Of a DNA stretch of 64,000 bases, positions 49,915 through 62,604 are shown one piece after another (position 1 is the first letter of the stretch; each line of letters begins with the position of its first letter). The translations under genes and the position numbers were made by a program. The notes below the pieces were generated by a model. That model was not told the origin of the DNA and did no database searches. It saw nothing but the letters and a program-made list of their open reading frames with translations. Source of the DNA: an uncultured virus (IMG/VR IMGVR_UViG_3300031669_003759) (lineage: Duplodnaviria; Heunggongvirae; Uroviricota; Caudoviricetes); IMG/VR virus record IMGVR_UViG_3300031669_003759, positions 1-64,000 of that record. One strand, 5' to 3'.

Positions 49915-50976
49915 ATGAATAACATTTTTCTGATTGTTGGAGCACGTCCTAACTTTATAAAAGCTGCGGCAATACTTGTAGCGGCAAAAAAGCAGAACGT
50001 GGTCATTGACCTAATTCATACAGGCCAACATTATGACGCTACTATGAGTGATATCTTCTTTCAGGAGTTACATATTGACCCGCCATTGGTTAACTTAGGG
50101 ATCGCTACTTTAGCTACTTATGGGGAATTTTTATACAAGTGTAAAACGAGATTTATAGAACTGTTTTCAGTATATAAACCGAAGATTGTAATAGTAGTTG
50201 GTGATGTCATAAGTTCGTTAGCTGCAGCATTGGCCGCAAATATCACTAAAACGACGTTAATTCATGTTGAAGCTGGTTTAAGGTCATTTGATTATACGAT
50301 GCCGGAAGAACTTAACAGAATACTAATAGATTCTGTAAGCGATTTTTTCTTTGTCACAGAGCCTGCTGGAGTTGAAAATCTGAAAAAAGAGGGCAAAGAG
50401 CATAATGTATACCTTGTTGGTAACACAATGATTGATACGCTATATGCTAACCTAGCTGCAATAAACCATAGAAAATACTGCAGAGAATTACATTTAAAAG
50501 AAGATGAATACGTTGTTATGACTATTCACAGACCAAGTAATGTTGGGAGTAATTTAATAGACATTCTCAAGAACATTAACAAAATAGGCTGTGATCTTCC
50601 GATAATTTTTCCGGTTCATCCAAAGATTGGGAGTAACTTAGCGCATTTGAACTTGAAAAATGTTAAATTGATATCGCCTTTGGGTTATTTTGAGTTTTTA
50701 TCGTTAGTATTAGATTGCAAATTTGTAATAACGGATTCAGGGGGATTGCAGGAGGAAACAAGCGCACTCGGTATTCCCTGCTTGACATTAAGAAATAATA
50801 CGGAAAGACCTATTACTATTGAAAGAGGAACAAATACACTAGTTGGACAAGATTATCCTGCCTTATTGCGTGCAGTTAATAATATTATGGCTAACGAATG
50901 TGTAAAACTGGCAGAACTTATTTGGGATGGCAAGGCTGGTAGTAGAATAATTAGTACTCTAAGAACCATACTATGA
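49915..50976 (+). CDS. wecB: UDP-N-acetylglucosamine 2-epimerase (non-hydrolysing)
   Basis: VGARPNFIK, HTGQHYD, HVEAGLRSFD..MPEE.NR, TDSGGLQEE, TERP. Confidence 0.92.
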   Translation: MNNIFLIVGARPNFIKAAAILVAAKKQNVVIDLIHTGQHYDATMSDIFFQELHIDPPLVNLGIATLATYGEFLYKCKTRFIELFSVYKPKIVIVVGDVISSLAAALAANITKTTLIHVEAGLRSFDYTMPEELNRILIDSVSDFFFVTEPAGVENLKKEGKEHNVYLVGNTMIDTLYANLAAINHRKYCRELHLKEDEYVVMTIHRPSNVGSNLIDILKNINKIGCDLPIIFPVHPKIGSNLAHLNLKNVKLISPLGYFEFLSLVLDCKFVITDSGGLQEETSALGIPCLTLRNNTERPITIERGTNTLVGQDYPALLRAVNNIMANECVKLAELIWDGKAGSRIISTLRTIL

Positions 50977-51269
50977 AGAGACTCCATGAAAATAATAATT
51001 TAGGTCCACGCGCTCGCATACTAAATTTACAATGGAAAAACTCAAAAACTAAACGTGGGAATAAGAAAAAGAAAGTACAATCTCACCCAAAAAGACAAAA
51101 GAAAGATATAAATAAGCATGATCCTAGAACTAAATCTATAAACTACTCAAACGTAGAACGTAAATCAATTAATGAAGGATTATGGCAACAACCTATACAG
51201 TTAATGAAAACAGCAATCGAAACACCAGACATTATAATCTACGAAGTAGAATATTTGGATAATGAATGA
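50973..51269 (+). CDS. basic hypothetical protein
   Basis: 98 aa, overlaps both neighbours by ATGA. Confidence 0.4.
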   Translation: MKRLHENNNLGPRARILNLQWKNSKTKRGNKKKKVQSHPKRQKKDINKHDPRTKSINYSNVERKSINEGLWQQPIQLMKTAIETPDIIIYEVEYLDNE

Positions 51270-52021
51270 AACCTAAAGTTTCCATACTAGTTCTCACGTA
51301 TAATCGTGTTGACCTATCTAGTCGATATATTCCATTATTGCTCGCACATGCGGGTAATGTCCCACTAGAAATGCTTATTTGGGACAATGGATCAGACGAT
51401 GGATCCTATGATTGGGCGTCTGCATTTGGACGAGCAGATTGCAGGGTATCCAAGGTAGTTGGGCATGCCAGAAATATTGGCATGGAAGCGTTTAATTACC
51501 TTGCAAAAGAGGCAAAAGGGGAGTACATCATCAAGGTAGACGATGATATCGATGTACCGCTATGCTACGCAGAACGCCTTGTGGGGGCATACGAGTGGGT
51601 AGGTGAAGAACAATTGCTTTTTTTGGGTTGGGATATGCCTTGGGCCAGGGGGCCTAAATCAGGGGGTGATACCTTCGCAACACGGTCAGGAATGAATTTA
51701 TATCGAGGCACCCGTGGTAAAATTGTCAAAGTAAATGATAAAGACTCAGTTCTTATTCATTATGACGCTTCAGAATTCATGATAAACGGAGTATGTAGAT
51801 TGTCCCCAAGAAACAGATTTTTAGAAATTGGTGGTCACCCAAAGGGGATAATATATGGTGTCGATAAACATATAAGTGCCCGTGCTGCAGCACATGGCTA
51901 TTGGATTGGGTACTTATCTTCTCAGGATCTAGTGTATCATCGAGGGGCAGATGACAAACCCGAGTATAGGGCAATGAAAGACAATGAACTACGCAGGGTG
52001 AATAGCCCTAAAGATGTATAA
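51266..52021 (+). CDS. GT2 family glycosyltransferase
   Basis: KVSILVLTYNR, WDNGSDDGS, KVDDD. Confidence 0.85.
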   Translation: MKPKVSILVLTYNRVDLSSRYIPLLLAHAGNVPLEMLIWDNGSDDGSYDWASAFGRADCRVSKVVGHARNIGMEAFNYLAKEAKGEYIIKVDDDIDVPLCYAERLVGAYEWVGEEQLLFLGWDMPWARGPKSGGDTFATRSGMNLYRGTRGKIVKVNDKDSVLIHYDASEFMINGVCRLSPRNRFLEIGGHPKGIIYGVDKHISARAAAHGYWIGYLSSQDLVYHRGADDKPEYRAMKDNELRRVNSPKDV

Positions 52022-52850
52022 AATGCATAGAGACGGATATAAACCAAAAGTGAGTATTATTATCCCTGTTCACAATGAGTCAGCAAAGACAGTTCGCTGT
52101 TTGGCAAGTATTCGTGCTAATACTAAACTTCCATACGAAATAGTCTGGGTAGATAATAACTCCAATGATGATAATTTTGGATTGATAAGAAGGCAGGCCA
52201 CTAGACCTAATGTACATACAAAACTGATAAAATTGAAACAAAATGTAGGTTTTGTAAAAGCAACAAATATTGGAATAAAAGAGGCAGAATCGAGCAGTAA
52301 GTACATTATTCTTTTGAACAATGATACTGAAGTGAGTAGATATTGGGCTACAAAATTAGTAACACCACTGCGAAAAGACGCAACTGTTGGTGCAGTAGGA
52401 CCAATTACTCAGAGTAGCATATCTTGGCAAGAAGCCACCAATCTCAACCGAAGATGGGATTTGAAGATTCCAAAGTTTACAAAAGGTGGGGATAACACAA
52501 AAAATATCCACAAATATAACGAGATAATATCCCGTAAATTCAAAGATAAATATATGGATATTGGTGCATTACCTTTGTCATTCTTTTGTGTTGCACTAAG
52601 GAAAGAAACATTTGATCAAATTGGATTGTTAGATGAAGATTTTGGTATTGGACTGGGGGATGATGATGAATATTGTTTTAGGTTACGTGCGCATAATCTA
52701 ACGTTGGTTTTAAGTTTGGAAACATTTGTATACCACCACCACAGAACAACTTTCAAAGCGCTAAAATTACCTGTAGATTCTATTAGAAGAAAGAACATAC
52801 GGGTACTCAGAGAAAAAAAGAAAGCGGTCATGCGAGAAGTAAATGGGTAA
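52014..52850 (+). CDS. GT2 family glycosyltransferase
   Basis: VSIIIPVHN, VDNNS, LLNNDTEV, GLGDDDEYC.R. Confidence 0.88.
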   Translation: MYKMHRDGYKPKVSIIIPVHNESAKTVRCLASIRANTKLPYEIVWVDNNSNDDNFGLIRRQATRPNVHTKLIKLKQNVGFVKATNIGIKEAESSSKYIILLNNDTEVSRYWATKLVTPLRKDATVGAVGPITQSSISWQEATNLNRRWDLKIPKFTKGGDNTKNIHKYNEIISRKFKDKYMDIGALPLSFFCVALRKETFDQIGLLDEDFGIGLGDDDEYCFRLRAHNLTLVLSLETFVYHHHRTTFKALKLPVDSIRRKNIRVLREKKKAVMREVNG

Positions 52851-53649
52851 TCCAGTCATAAGCATTGTAGTTCCGGTCCTAGATCAGCCGGATATGACTG
52901 TAAAATGTTTTCATTCTATTCGTACAGTTACTAAACTGCCTTTCGAGGTCATCTGGATAGACAATGCATCCATAAAAGACAGTCGGAAAATAATAGCTAG
53001 GCAGGCTGATTTATTCAAGGGTAAATGTATCCTGATAAAAAACGATGAGAATAAAGGATTTATCAAAGCAACCAATCAAGGAATTCAAGCTGCTCGCGGT
53101 GAATATATCATTCTGCTAAATAATGATACAGAGGTATTTCCTGATTGGGAAAGCAATCTGATCAAACCTCTGTATCATCATGCTAATGTTGGTGTAGTTG
53201 GACCTATTACCCAAAGCAAGCTATCGTGGCAAACAAACAAATATTTGAATTATCGTTGGGAAGTTGGAATTCCCCCGTACAATGATTCTATCAAATTGCA
53301 TTACTGGATGAAATTAAAAAAAATGCACAAAGATAAATACTTAGATGTCACGGGAATGCCCATTTCATTTTTCTGTGCTGCGATGCACCGATCACTATTT
53401 GATAAAATAGGAGCGCTCTGTGAAGAAATGAGCATAGGTTTAGGAGACGATGACGAGTTCTGCATGCGCATGAGGGCTCATGGATATAAACAATGGCTAA
53501 GTCTAGGAACATTTGTTTACCATAATCACCGAACAACCTTCAAAGCACTCAACCTGGGAGTGGAGTCTCTCCAGAGGTACAATATGTGCATATTCAAAAA
53601 GAAAGAACGAGAATTACGTAAAAATCCACCAGAACATAGTTTTCAGTAG
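52843..53649 (+). CDS. GT2 family glycosyltransferase (paralogue of upstream gene)
   Basis: ISIVVPV, IDNAS, LLNNDTEV, GLGDDDEFC.R, HRTTFKAL shared with 52014..52850. Confidence 0.88.
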   Translation: MGNPVISIVVPVLDQPDMTVKCFHSIRTVTKLPFEVIWIDNASIKDSRKIIARQADLFKGKCILIKNDENKGFIKATNQGIQAARGEYIILLNNDTEVFPDWESNLIKPLYHHANVGVVGPITQSKLSWQTNKYLNYRWEVGIPPYNDSIKLHYWMKLKKMHKDKYLDVTGMPISFFCAAMHRSLFDKIGALCEEMSIGLGDDDEFCMRMRAHGYKQWLSLGTFVYHNHRTTFKALNLGVESLQRYNMCIFKKKERELRKNPPEHSFQ

Positions 53650-53663
53650 AGTATAATACTCGT

Positions 53664-55133
53664 ATGGATGTACAAATCGAAGTAGGTCCAGTGCGGCTTA
53701 AAGTCACAACACGGCTACCCCTTGAGGACACACGATTGCTGCGTAAGCACCTTACATATACAGTAAATAATTATCAGTATACTACCCAGTATAAACTTTA
53801 TGGTTGGGATGGCAGAAAAACACTAATATATAAAGATCAAACTGCACCTGCAGGGTGTCTTTACAGAATACGTACTTTCCTAGAGGAAAAACTGCACTAT
53901 AATGTAGAAGTTATTTATAAGAATAATTACGAACCTTGCGGAACTAGCGATATTTATGGGTTCAAATTAGAAACATTTCAAAAACAAGCTGTCAAACGGA
54001 TTCTGAAATACCGCCGTGGAATAATAAGTGCTCCAGTCAGATCGGGAAAGACTGCAATTGCAGCAGCAGCAATTAAAAATATTGGACATTATTCTGCTTG
54101 GGTAGTTACATACGGAAAAGATTTAGTGCGTCAAACAAAAAAAGATTTAGAATACCATTTACAAATACCAGTCGGGATATTCTCTGAAGGTGTATACGTG
54201 CAGGGTAAAGTAATGGTAACAAGCTATCAAGCAATTACCCGTGCGCTTTCCGCAGTAAAAGGCAAAGAAGAGAACGTAACATTAAAGGAAGAAACTCAGC
54301 AAAGAAATCTAGCATTATTAAGATTGGTTCGTAATGTAAAGGTTGTTATATTTGATGAATGTCATCATGCACTTGCCCCAAAAAATAATATCTTATTAAA
54401 TGAATTACTCTCTGCGGGTTATGTTATCGGATTGTCAGGAACACCCAAGCCAGACAATACACATTATCTGGAACTAGAAGCAGCAATTGGTGCTATCATT
54501 TTTAAGGTGCAATACAAAACACTAATTAACCATGGACGGATTGCTCGGCCTATGATTGTCCTGTATCAACTTCCATATCGATGGTACACTACTGGACTTA
54601 AAGAGTTTCCAGACATTTATGCTACCAATATAGTACAGAACATGTATAGGAATAAATTTATTGCTGACATAGTTAAAAACTTGTACAAATCAAATAAGAC
54701 TGCGTTTGTAATGATAAGGAACTTACTTCATGGCCCAATCTTACGGGCACTCATCCCTGGAAGTGTCTTTGTTAAGGGAAAAATTTCTAGTGAAATTAGA
54801 GAAGGATTATACAAAGCCCTTAATGATAAAACAATTCAATGTATTATTGCTACTGTCGGAAAGGAAGGCTTGAACATCCGTGGACTGGATGCAATGATAA
54901 ACGCAGAAGGATACAAGTCCTCGGTTACGACGATGCAAAAACTAAGGTCACTTACAGCAACCAAGGATAAAAAATATGGCATTATTGTAGACTTTATGGA
55001 TCGAGGTAAATTTTTGAGTGCTCATAGCAAGCGGCGTGCAGCATTGTATAAACGAATGGGAGCTATAAAATTAAAAGTAAAACAGGTTCCGGTTGATCTT
55101 TATAAAGAGGAGTCTCCTTCATGGACACAGTAA
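53664..55133 (+). CDS. superfamily 2 DNA helicase (UvsW-like)
   Basis: APVRSGKT, FDECHH, GLSGTP, EGLNI. Confidence 0.88.
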   Translation: MDVQIEVGPVRLKVTTRLPLEDTRLLRKHLTYTVNNYQYTTQYKLYGWDGRKTLIYKDQTAPAGCLYRIRTFLEEKLHYNVEVIYKNNYEPCGTSDIYGFKLETFQKQAVKRILKYRRGIISAPVRSGKTAIAAAAIKNIGHYSAWVVTYGKDLVRQTKKDLEYHLQIPVGIFSEGVYVQGKVMVTSYQAITRALSAVKGKEENVTLKEETQQRNLALLRLVRNVKVVIFDECHHALAPKNNILLNELLSAGYVIGLSGTPKPDNTHYLELEAAIGAIIFKVQYKTLINHGRIARPMIVLYQLPYRWYTTGLKEFPDIYATNIVQNMYRNKFIADIVKNLYKSNKTAFVMIRNLLHGPILRALIPGSVFVKGKISSEIREGLYKALNDKTIQCIIATVGKEGLNIRGLDAMINAEGYKSSVTTMQKLRSLTATKDKKYGIIVDFMDRGKFLSAHSKRRAALYKRMGAIKLKVKQVPVDLYKEESPSWTQ

Positions 55134-55654
55134 GCGTAGAAGATCTAATGATTAATAGTGCACTGGCTGGGAAAGCACAAAGAGATCCAGTGGAAAGAAG
55201 CATTATCAAAAAGTTAATACGATTGAAGCATCAAAATAAGCGTTTGCGGGATCACATTGAAAAGACAGGTGCATGGGCACATTTAAAAGAAGTAGTTCTT
55301 TGGAAGCCGTTTGATTTTTACCACTATTTTTGTACTAAGTATCATGAAAAATACCGTAGTGAGTATCGCCAAGTAGGCAATATTGTACGAGCGTACCAAA
55401 GGATAGATTCATTTCAACTAGGTAATCATATTGACAAGAAGGAATATAAACAGTTCATCGACCGCGCTTTTGAGAGATACTTTACAAACATTAGTAAACC
55501 GACAATCGCACACATTTGTACGCCTACTTTGTATAATTACTTAATGAAGGAAGATGCCCAGTTTGCAACACCAGCAGATTATCATAGACTGGATCAAGTG
55601 CTAGCAGAAGAGAATGAAAAGTTCGAGAGCTATGTGCAGCAGTTTGATAGCTAA
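55121..55654 (+). CDS. hypothetical protein (possible replication initiator/loader partner)
   Basis: 177 aa, GAGGAG RBS, upstream of the loader. Confidence 0.55.
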   Translation: MDTVSVEDLMINSALAGKAQRDPVERSIIKKLIRLKHQNKRLRDHIEKTGAWAHLKEVVLWKPFDFYHYFCTKYHEKYRSEYRQVGNIVRAYQRIDSFQLGNHIDKKEYKQFIDRAFERYFTNISKPTIAHICTPTLYNYLMKEDAQFATPADYHRLDQVLAEENEKFESYVQQFDS

Positions 55655-55661
55655 GGTAACT

Positions 55662-56402
55662 ATGTATCAAATAGATCAAAAAGAGTTTAACCGACTACAG
55701 AGAATACGAGAAAATTGTCCTGTTTGTGGGGGATTGGGCTATTCTGAAACACGGAAATTAGATGGTAAGATTAATCTGACAGATTGTATCTGTGTTCAGA
55801 ATATAAGCTACGAATTAAAAATGATAGAGGCAAATATTCCAACACAATATAGACATTGGACATTCAAACAGTTAGATAAAAAAATAATTAAGGACAATAA
55901 AAAATCAATTGAAAAAATAAAGGACTATATTGAAAATCTCAAGGACAATATAATTAACGGGAAAGGGTTGTGGTTTCATGCTCCCCCCGGATTGGCCAAG
56001 AGTTCGCTGATATGTAATATCTTGAGGAAAGCAATAGATAGAGGATTCAAGCCCTACTTTGGGAGGGCATCACATTTTATTTCATTAAAATTTCAAATTG
56101 CAAGAAATGATCCTGATGCTAAGGCCCTCTTACAGCATATTTTCAATTCAGTAGATATATTAGCAATAGAGGAATTAGATAAGGTATATTTGACTACTAA
56201 GCCGAATTCCTTCGGACGAGAACTTTTTTATGAACTATTATCAGATTTGTATGATGCTAGAATAGCATTGTTGGTAAGTTCAAACGTTATACGGAATGAA
56301 TGTGAACCAAAATTTCCAACGTTCATTCGAGATAGATTCCGGTATCTAGAAGATATTCCGATATTTGGTGAATCAGGACGGAAAAATTTGAAGAAAAAAT
56401 AA
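55662..56402 (+). CDS. DnaC/IstB-like helicase loader ATPase
   Basis: CPVCGG...CIC zinc motif, ANIP, Walker A variant APPGLAKS, ILAIEELDK, VSSN, DRF. Confidence 0.78.
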   Translation: MYQIDQKEFNRLQRIRENCPVCGGLGYSETRKLDGKINLTDCICVQNISYELKMIEANIPTQYRHWTFKQLDKKIIKDNKKSIEKIKDYIENLKDNIINGKGLWFHAPPGLAKSSLICNILRKAIDRGFKPYFGRASHFISLKFQIARNDPDAKALLQHIFNSVDILAIEELDKVYLTTKPNSFGRELFYELLSDLYDARIALLVSSNVIRNECEPKFPTFIRDRFRYLEDIPIFGESGRKNLKKK

Positions 56403-57809
56403 ATGCCAAGTCTCAGTTCAAAAGCTAATGAGCGCAGGCTTCTTGCGCTCCTCCTACAGTCCCCCACGCATATGCGGGCAATCCGCCTGAATTTAGATAT
56501 TTTTGTGAATCCGAAATATAGAAAAGCTGCTGAACTTATAAAAAAATATGTAAAGAGATACAAGTCTCCACCAAGTAAAAATGCACTTAAAAGATTTTCA
56601 AGTAAAGTAGTAAAACCAAGCATAAAAGAGGCAGAAGACATTGTAGATGCGTTAAATGTACTAGATAAACTTCCAAAAGTTGTTCAGACCGATGCTGAAT
56701 TCGAGTTTGAGCAAGCAGAAAATTACAGAACTGGCCGAGTGCTACTCGATGTAGTGGAGCATATTAAAAATAAATTTGAAGAAGGTGACACGGACTACAT
56801 AGATATGCGTAAAAAAATGATTTCTGAATTATTAGCATTTGGAAATGGTAACGACGCAATCGTTCGTGGAAAGATATATGACAGGATAAAAGAAAGATTT
56901 GAAGAATATGAATCTGCTGAACGGGGAGATGTAGGTAGTATTATTCCTTTTGGGATTAAACCTTTTGATGATAATTTAGGTGGTATGCACAAATCTTTTG
57001 TAACATTAATCTATTCTAAGACTGGGGGTGGAAAAACCCGCACAGCCGTAAATGTGGCATACAATGCAGCAATAGCTGGGTATAATGTAATGTATTTTTC
57101 GTTAGAAATGGCATTTAACTTACTGGCCAGTTGCTTTGATTCAAGAATGGCCTGGGTAGACGGAGATAAAATAATATTTGGAAAACTAGACAAAATAAAT
57201 AAACGAAGATATGCACATGCCCTGAAAAAACAATTGAAGGAAAAATTAAACGTGTGGATAGTTGATATTGCAATGGGGGCATCATCTTCTATGATTTTAG
57301 AAGAGATCGAAGTATATCGTGCCGCAAATGGGGTAAACCCAGATTTAGTCGTTATTGACTACGCTAATCTTATGGAACCGATGAAGCGGTACAATGGGAG
57401 GTCTGAAAAATACGATTTTCTTTTCAAGGAGTATCATGAGATAGCAAAATATTGTAACGTAGCAATCCTTACTGCTACACAAGAAAGTAGGGATGCATCT
57501 AAAGCAGACATCGATGCTAAGTATAAGAAACAGGAAGTGGAACAAGGCGTCCATAATATCGGGCTGTCTAATTTTATGGCCCCGCACTGCGAAAGTGTGG
57601 TTAGACTAAAACAGGACAGTAAAGATTTACTACAAAATAGGCTGTGGTCAATTATTGATAAAAATAGATATGGAACACACGGGAAAGAAATTCCATTAAT
57701 GGCTATATGGGAAAAGAATTACGTTGGGGATAGAGTAATTACCGGGATGAAAGTCTATAAGCTCAAAAAGCGCTACTCGTACCAAGATAGTAAGGAAGAT
57801 GCTGCTTGA
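56403..57809 (+). CDS. dnaB: DnaB-like replicative helicase
   Basis: SKTGGGKT, YFSLEM, VVIDYANL, TATQESR, KNRYG. Confidence 0.88.
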   Translation: MPSLSSKANERRLLALLLQSPTHMRAIRLNLDIFVNPKYRKAAELIKKYVKRYKSPPSKNALKRFSSKVVKPSIKEAEDIVDALNVLDKLPKVVQTDAEFEFEQAENYRTGRVLLDVVEHIKNKFEEGDTDYIDMRKKMISELLAFGNGNDAIVRGKIYDRIKERFEEYESAERGDVGSIIPFGIKPFDDNLGGMHKSFVTLIYSKTGGGKTRTAVNVAYNAAIAGYNVMYFSLEMAFNLLASCFDSRMAWVDGDKIIFGKLDKINKRRYAHALKKQLKEKLNVWIVDIAMGASSSMILEEIEVYRAANGVNPDLVVIDYANLMEPMKRYNGRSEKYDFLFKEYHEIAKYCNVAILTATQESRDASKADIDAKYKKQEVEQGVHNIGLSNFMAPHCESVVRLKQDSKDLLQNRLWSIIDKNRYGTHGKEIPLMAIWEKNYVGDRVITGMKVYKLKKRYSYQDSKEDAA

Positions 57810-58273
57810 ACATTGAATCCTTCTACAGAGAAGCTGGAATAGTCCTAGAGCCATTCGGGGGACGTTGGCGTGCACGGTGCCCCTTTCACAATGAGAAAAC
57901 CCCTTCATTTGTTGTTTATGAGGATGCAAGTTACCATTGCTTTGGCTGCAGAGCACATGGTACCGCTAAAGATATTCAAGAAAGATTCAATGTAGATTAT
58001 CGACCTTTTCCAGATTTGTGTGCAACTAAAGATCCAATAATAACTAATTTTATTCAATTTAAATCAAAGATGGACGACGAATTAAATTTACTTGTAATTG
58101 ACTTGGATAATGATATAAGATTCAAGGCTTATGACATGTTTGATGCACTCATGATCGATACAAAAGCATTAACAGATTGTCTTGAAATAAGCTTGTTGGA
58201 TTTAATTGCCTTTACAAAAAGAGGGTTTACAGACATCGAAAAAATAGTAGCCGAAAATCACTGCAGACAGTAA
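57806..58273 (+). CDS. stand-alone CHC2 primase zinc-binding domain protein
   Basis: CPFHNEKTPSF...YHCFGC; no TOPRIM domain in 155 aa. Confidence 0.8.
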   Translation: MNIESFYREAGIVLEPFGGRWRARCPFHNEKTPSFVVYEDASYHCFGCRAHGTAKDIQERFNVDYRPFPDLCATKDPIITNFIQFKSKMDDELNLLVIDLDNDIRFKAYDMFDALMIDTKALTDCLEISLLDLIAFTKRGFTDIEKIVAENHCRQ

Positions 58274-58289
58274 CTTTTAACTTGACTTT

Positions 58290-60029
<1,740 letters not shown>

Positions 60030-60079
60030 TTGCCTCCATAGTATTATATCTGTAGCACTACTTATTATAAATTCTGTGT

Positions 60080-62602
60080 TTGTTAGGAACTTATATGGGC
60101 GACCCCCGTAAGCACTGCTCTATAAAATGTCCACGATTAAATTTAGACATTGGATCTCCTCGGCTTAAGGGTAAAGGATCACGCAAAGCAAAAATACTAC
60201 TTGTGGGGGAAGCCCCTGGACAATCTGAAGATATCGATGGAATTCCATTTGTAGGGAGTTCCGGGGAGCTATTAGACGATGTTCTCGCAGAATTAGATAT
60301 TAATCGTAAAGATATTTACATTACTAATGCTGTAAAATGCGCCACACCAGTTGAAAATAAAAAACCAGGAAAAAAAGAAATTACAGCATGTAGGAGTTAT
60401 CTCCTAAAGGAAATAGAAGTAATAAAGCCTAATGTAATAGGTTGCTTGGGGGCAATTGCTCTCGAAGCAGTACTTAAACGCAAAGGGATAACTAAATTAC
60501 AAAATAACGTGTTTCAAAGCGAGGAGCTAAAAACAAAGGTAGTTCCTGTTCTGCATCCAGCGTACATCCTGCGCAATCCTGGAGAGTACGACAACCTGTT
60601 AAAAGGGATGCTGCTCATTAAACAGGAATCTAGAGCAAGAGAAAGAGTAGTATTAGCTAAAACAAAAACAAAATGGATAGACGCAGATACTCCAAAAAAA
60701 ATAGATAAAGTACTTGAGCAATTAGAAAATGTAGATGCATTCGCATTCGACGTAGAAACTACATCATTGGATCCACTAATAGCTAAAATACTTCTAATGG
60801 CGCTGTCCTGGCAGATTGGATTGGGGGTAACAATTAAATGGGATAGGCTATCCCAAGAACAGAAAGATAGACTCCAGAAAATATTTATTTCTAAGAAGGA
60901 AAAGATAGGGCAAAACTTAAAGTATGATGTTCAAGTCCTATGGGTCAATAACTTCCGGGTAAAGGGGCCATACTTCGATACCCTCCCAGCAATAGCCCTT
61001 ATTGATGAAAATATACCAAAGAAGACACTTGAAGTGCTGACATTGCGCTATTTAGATCTGGGGGAGTATTGGGCACCCTTAGACGAATTTAAAGCTAAAT
61101 ATATGAAAGAGCATAAAATAAAAAAGGAAGACTTCAACTATGGTATGATTCCTTATAATATTTTATGTACATATGCACAGGGGGATGCTGACGCCACTTA
61201 TCGTCTATATGTAATATTCAAGAAGGAGTTAATCAAACAAAATCTGATGGATTTTTATAAAAAATACACTTTGCCTACTCTAAAAATTCTGATGCGGATA
61301 GAGCGTAAAGGAATAAAAATAAATAGAAAAAAATTGAAAAAAATCATTAAAGAATATCAAGGAAAAGTAGTCATATCAGAAAAAGATATAAAAACTACCA
61401 CAGAGGTTAAAAAATATCAAAAAATAAGATTTGCACATGTAAGCAAACAATTTAAGGAAAAATGGGAGAAGTCTAAAACATTAAGAAGCAGATCTTCACA
61501 GATTGAATATCTAAAAGCTAGAGTTAAGAAGAAGGATTGGAAGTTCAATCCAAAATCCTCAAAGCAACTTCGAGAACTCCTTTTCGATATGCTAAAACTT
61601 CCTGTAACTAAACTAACAAAGACAAAACAGGCATGCACTGACGCATCCGTATTAACTATATTAGCAAATAGCAACCAAGTTGAGATTGCACAAAAAATTA
61701 TAACGAATAGAAAACTTACAAAATTTTTATCCACATACCTAGTATCCGTGTATAACAAATCGAAGATTGATGGAAGAGTACATCCTAGTTACATGCAGCA
61801 TCGGGCCGTAACCGGAAGATTAAGTAGTGAGAACCCCAACTTCCAAAACATAAAACGGGACGCGATAGAATTTAAGAAATGCTTCTTAGCTGATCCTGGA
61901 ATGGTCATTTTACGAGCAGATTTAGCACAGGCGGAATTTAGATGCTGGGCACATTACTCTAATGATCAAAAAATGATTCATGATATCGAATCTGGAATGG
62001 ATATCCACCGTAAGACAGCATCTGAGATATTCGGAGTACCAGAAGACGAAGTAACTAAAGAACAGCGGGAGGCTGCCAAGAATTGTGTTTTTGGACTTAT
62101 GTTTGGGCGTGGGACAAAATCTATATCAGAACAATACGGGATTTCTAGAGATGATGCAGATGCTATTAGAGATCTATTTTTCAAAACCTACCCCATGGCT
62201 GCACTATGGCTGGATAAACAAGTTGCCTTTGTCCAAACCTACGGATTCGTAAAAACATGGTTGGGCCGAGTACGTAGACTACCAGAAATACACAGTGACG
62301 ACCATATGGTAAAAGCAGAAGCTGAGAGACAGACAAAGAACAGCCCGATCCAAGGACTAGCTTCAGATATGAATAATCACTTTATGGTTATGAATCTAAA
62401 GTTTGCTAAAAAGAAAAATATTTACTGTTATCCTATGGGTACAATCCATGATGCTAATTATATACAAGTAAGGGAATCAGATGTAGGTAGGCTAATTGAA
62501 GTAATGACCAAAGTAGTAAATAGCTCTTTTCCAGGTTTTAGGTGCAAAATGGCATTAGATTTTGAAGTGGGAAAGACTCTCGGAACATTGAAAGGGGTAT
62601 AA
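60080..62602 (+). CDS. polA: family A DNA polymerase with N-terminal family-4 uracil-DNA glycosylase domain and 3'-5' exonuclease
   Basis: UDG: VGEAPG..ED, PFVG, TNAVKC, LHPAY. Exo: FDVET, NLKYD, YAQGD. Pol: [31 protein letters not shown]. Confidence 0.92.
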   Translation: MLGTYMGDPRKHCSIKCPRLNLDIGSPRLKGKGSRKAKILLVGEAPGQSEDIDGIPFVGSSGELLDDVLAELDINRKDIYITNAVKCATPVENKKPGKKEITACRSYLLKEIEVIKPNVIGCLGAIALEAVLKRKGITKLQNNVFQSEELKTKVVPVLHPAYILRNPGEYDNLLKGMLLIKQESRARERVVLAKTKTKWIDADTPKKIDKVLEQLENVDAFAFDVETTSLDPLIAKILLMALSWQIGLGVTIKWDRLSQEQKDRLQKIFISKKEKIGQNLKYDVQVLWVNNFRVKGPYFDTLPAIALIDENIPKKTLEVLTLRYLDLGEYWAPLDEFKAKYMKEHKIKKEDFNYGMIPYNILCTYAQGDADATYRLYVIFKKELIKQNLMDFYKKYTLPTLKILMRIERKGIKINRKKLKKIIKEYQGKVVISEKDIKTTTEVKKYQKIRFAHVSKQFKEKWEKSKTLRSRSSQIEYLKARVKKKDWKFNPKSSKQLRELLFDMLKLPVTKLTKTKQACTDASVLTILANSNQVEIAQKIITNRKLTKFLSTYLVSVYNKSKIDGRVHPSYMQHRAVTGRLSSENPNFQNIKRDAIEFKKCFLADPGMVILRADLAQAEFRCWAHYSNDQKMIHDIESGMDIHRKTASEIFGVPEDEVTKEQREAAKNCVFGLMFGRGTKSISEQYGISRDDADAIRDLFFKTYPMAALWLDKQVAFVQTYGFVKTWLGRVRRLPEIHSDDHMVKAEAERQTKNSPIQGLASDMNNHFMVMNLKFAKKKNIYCYPMGTIHDANYIQVRESDVGRLIEVMTKVVNSSFPGFRCKMALDFEVGKTLGTLKGV

Positions 62603-62604
62603 TT

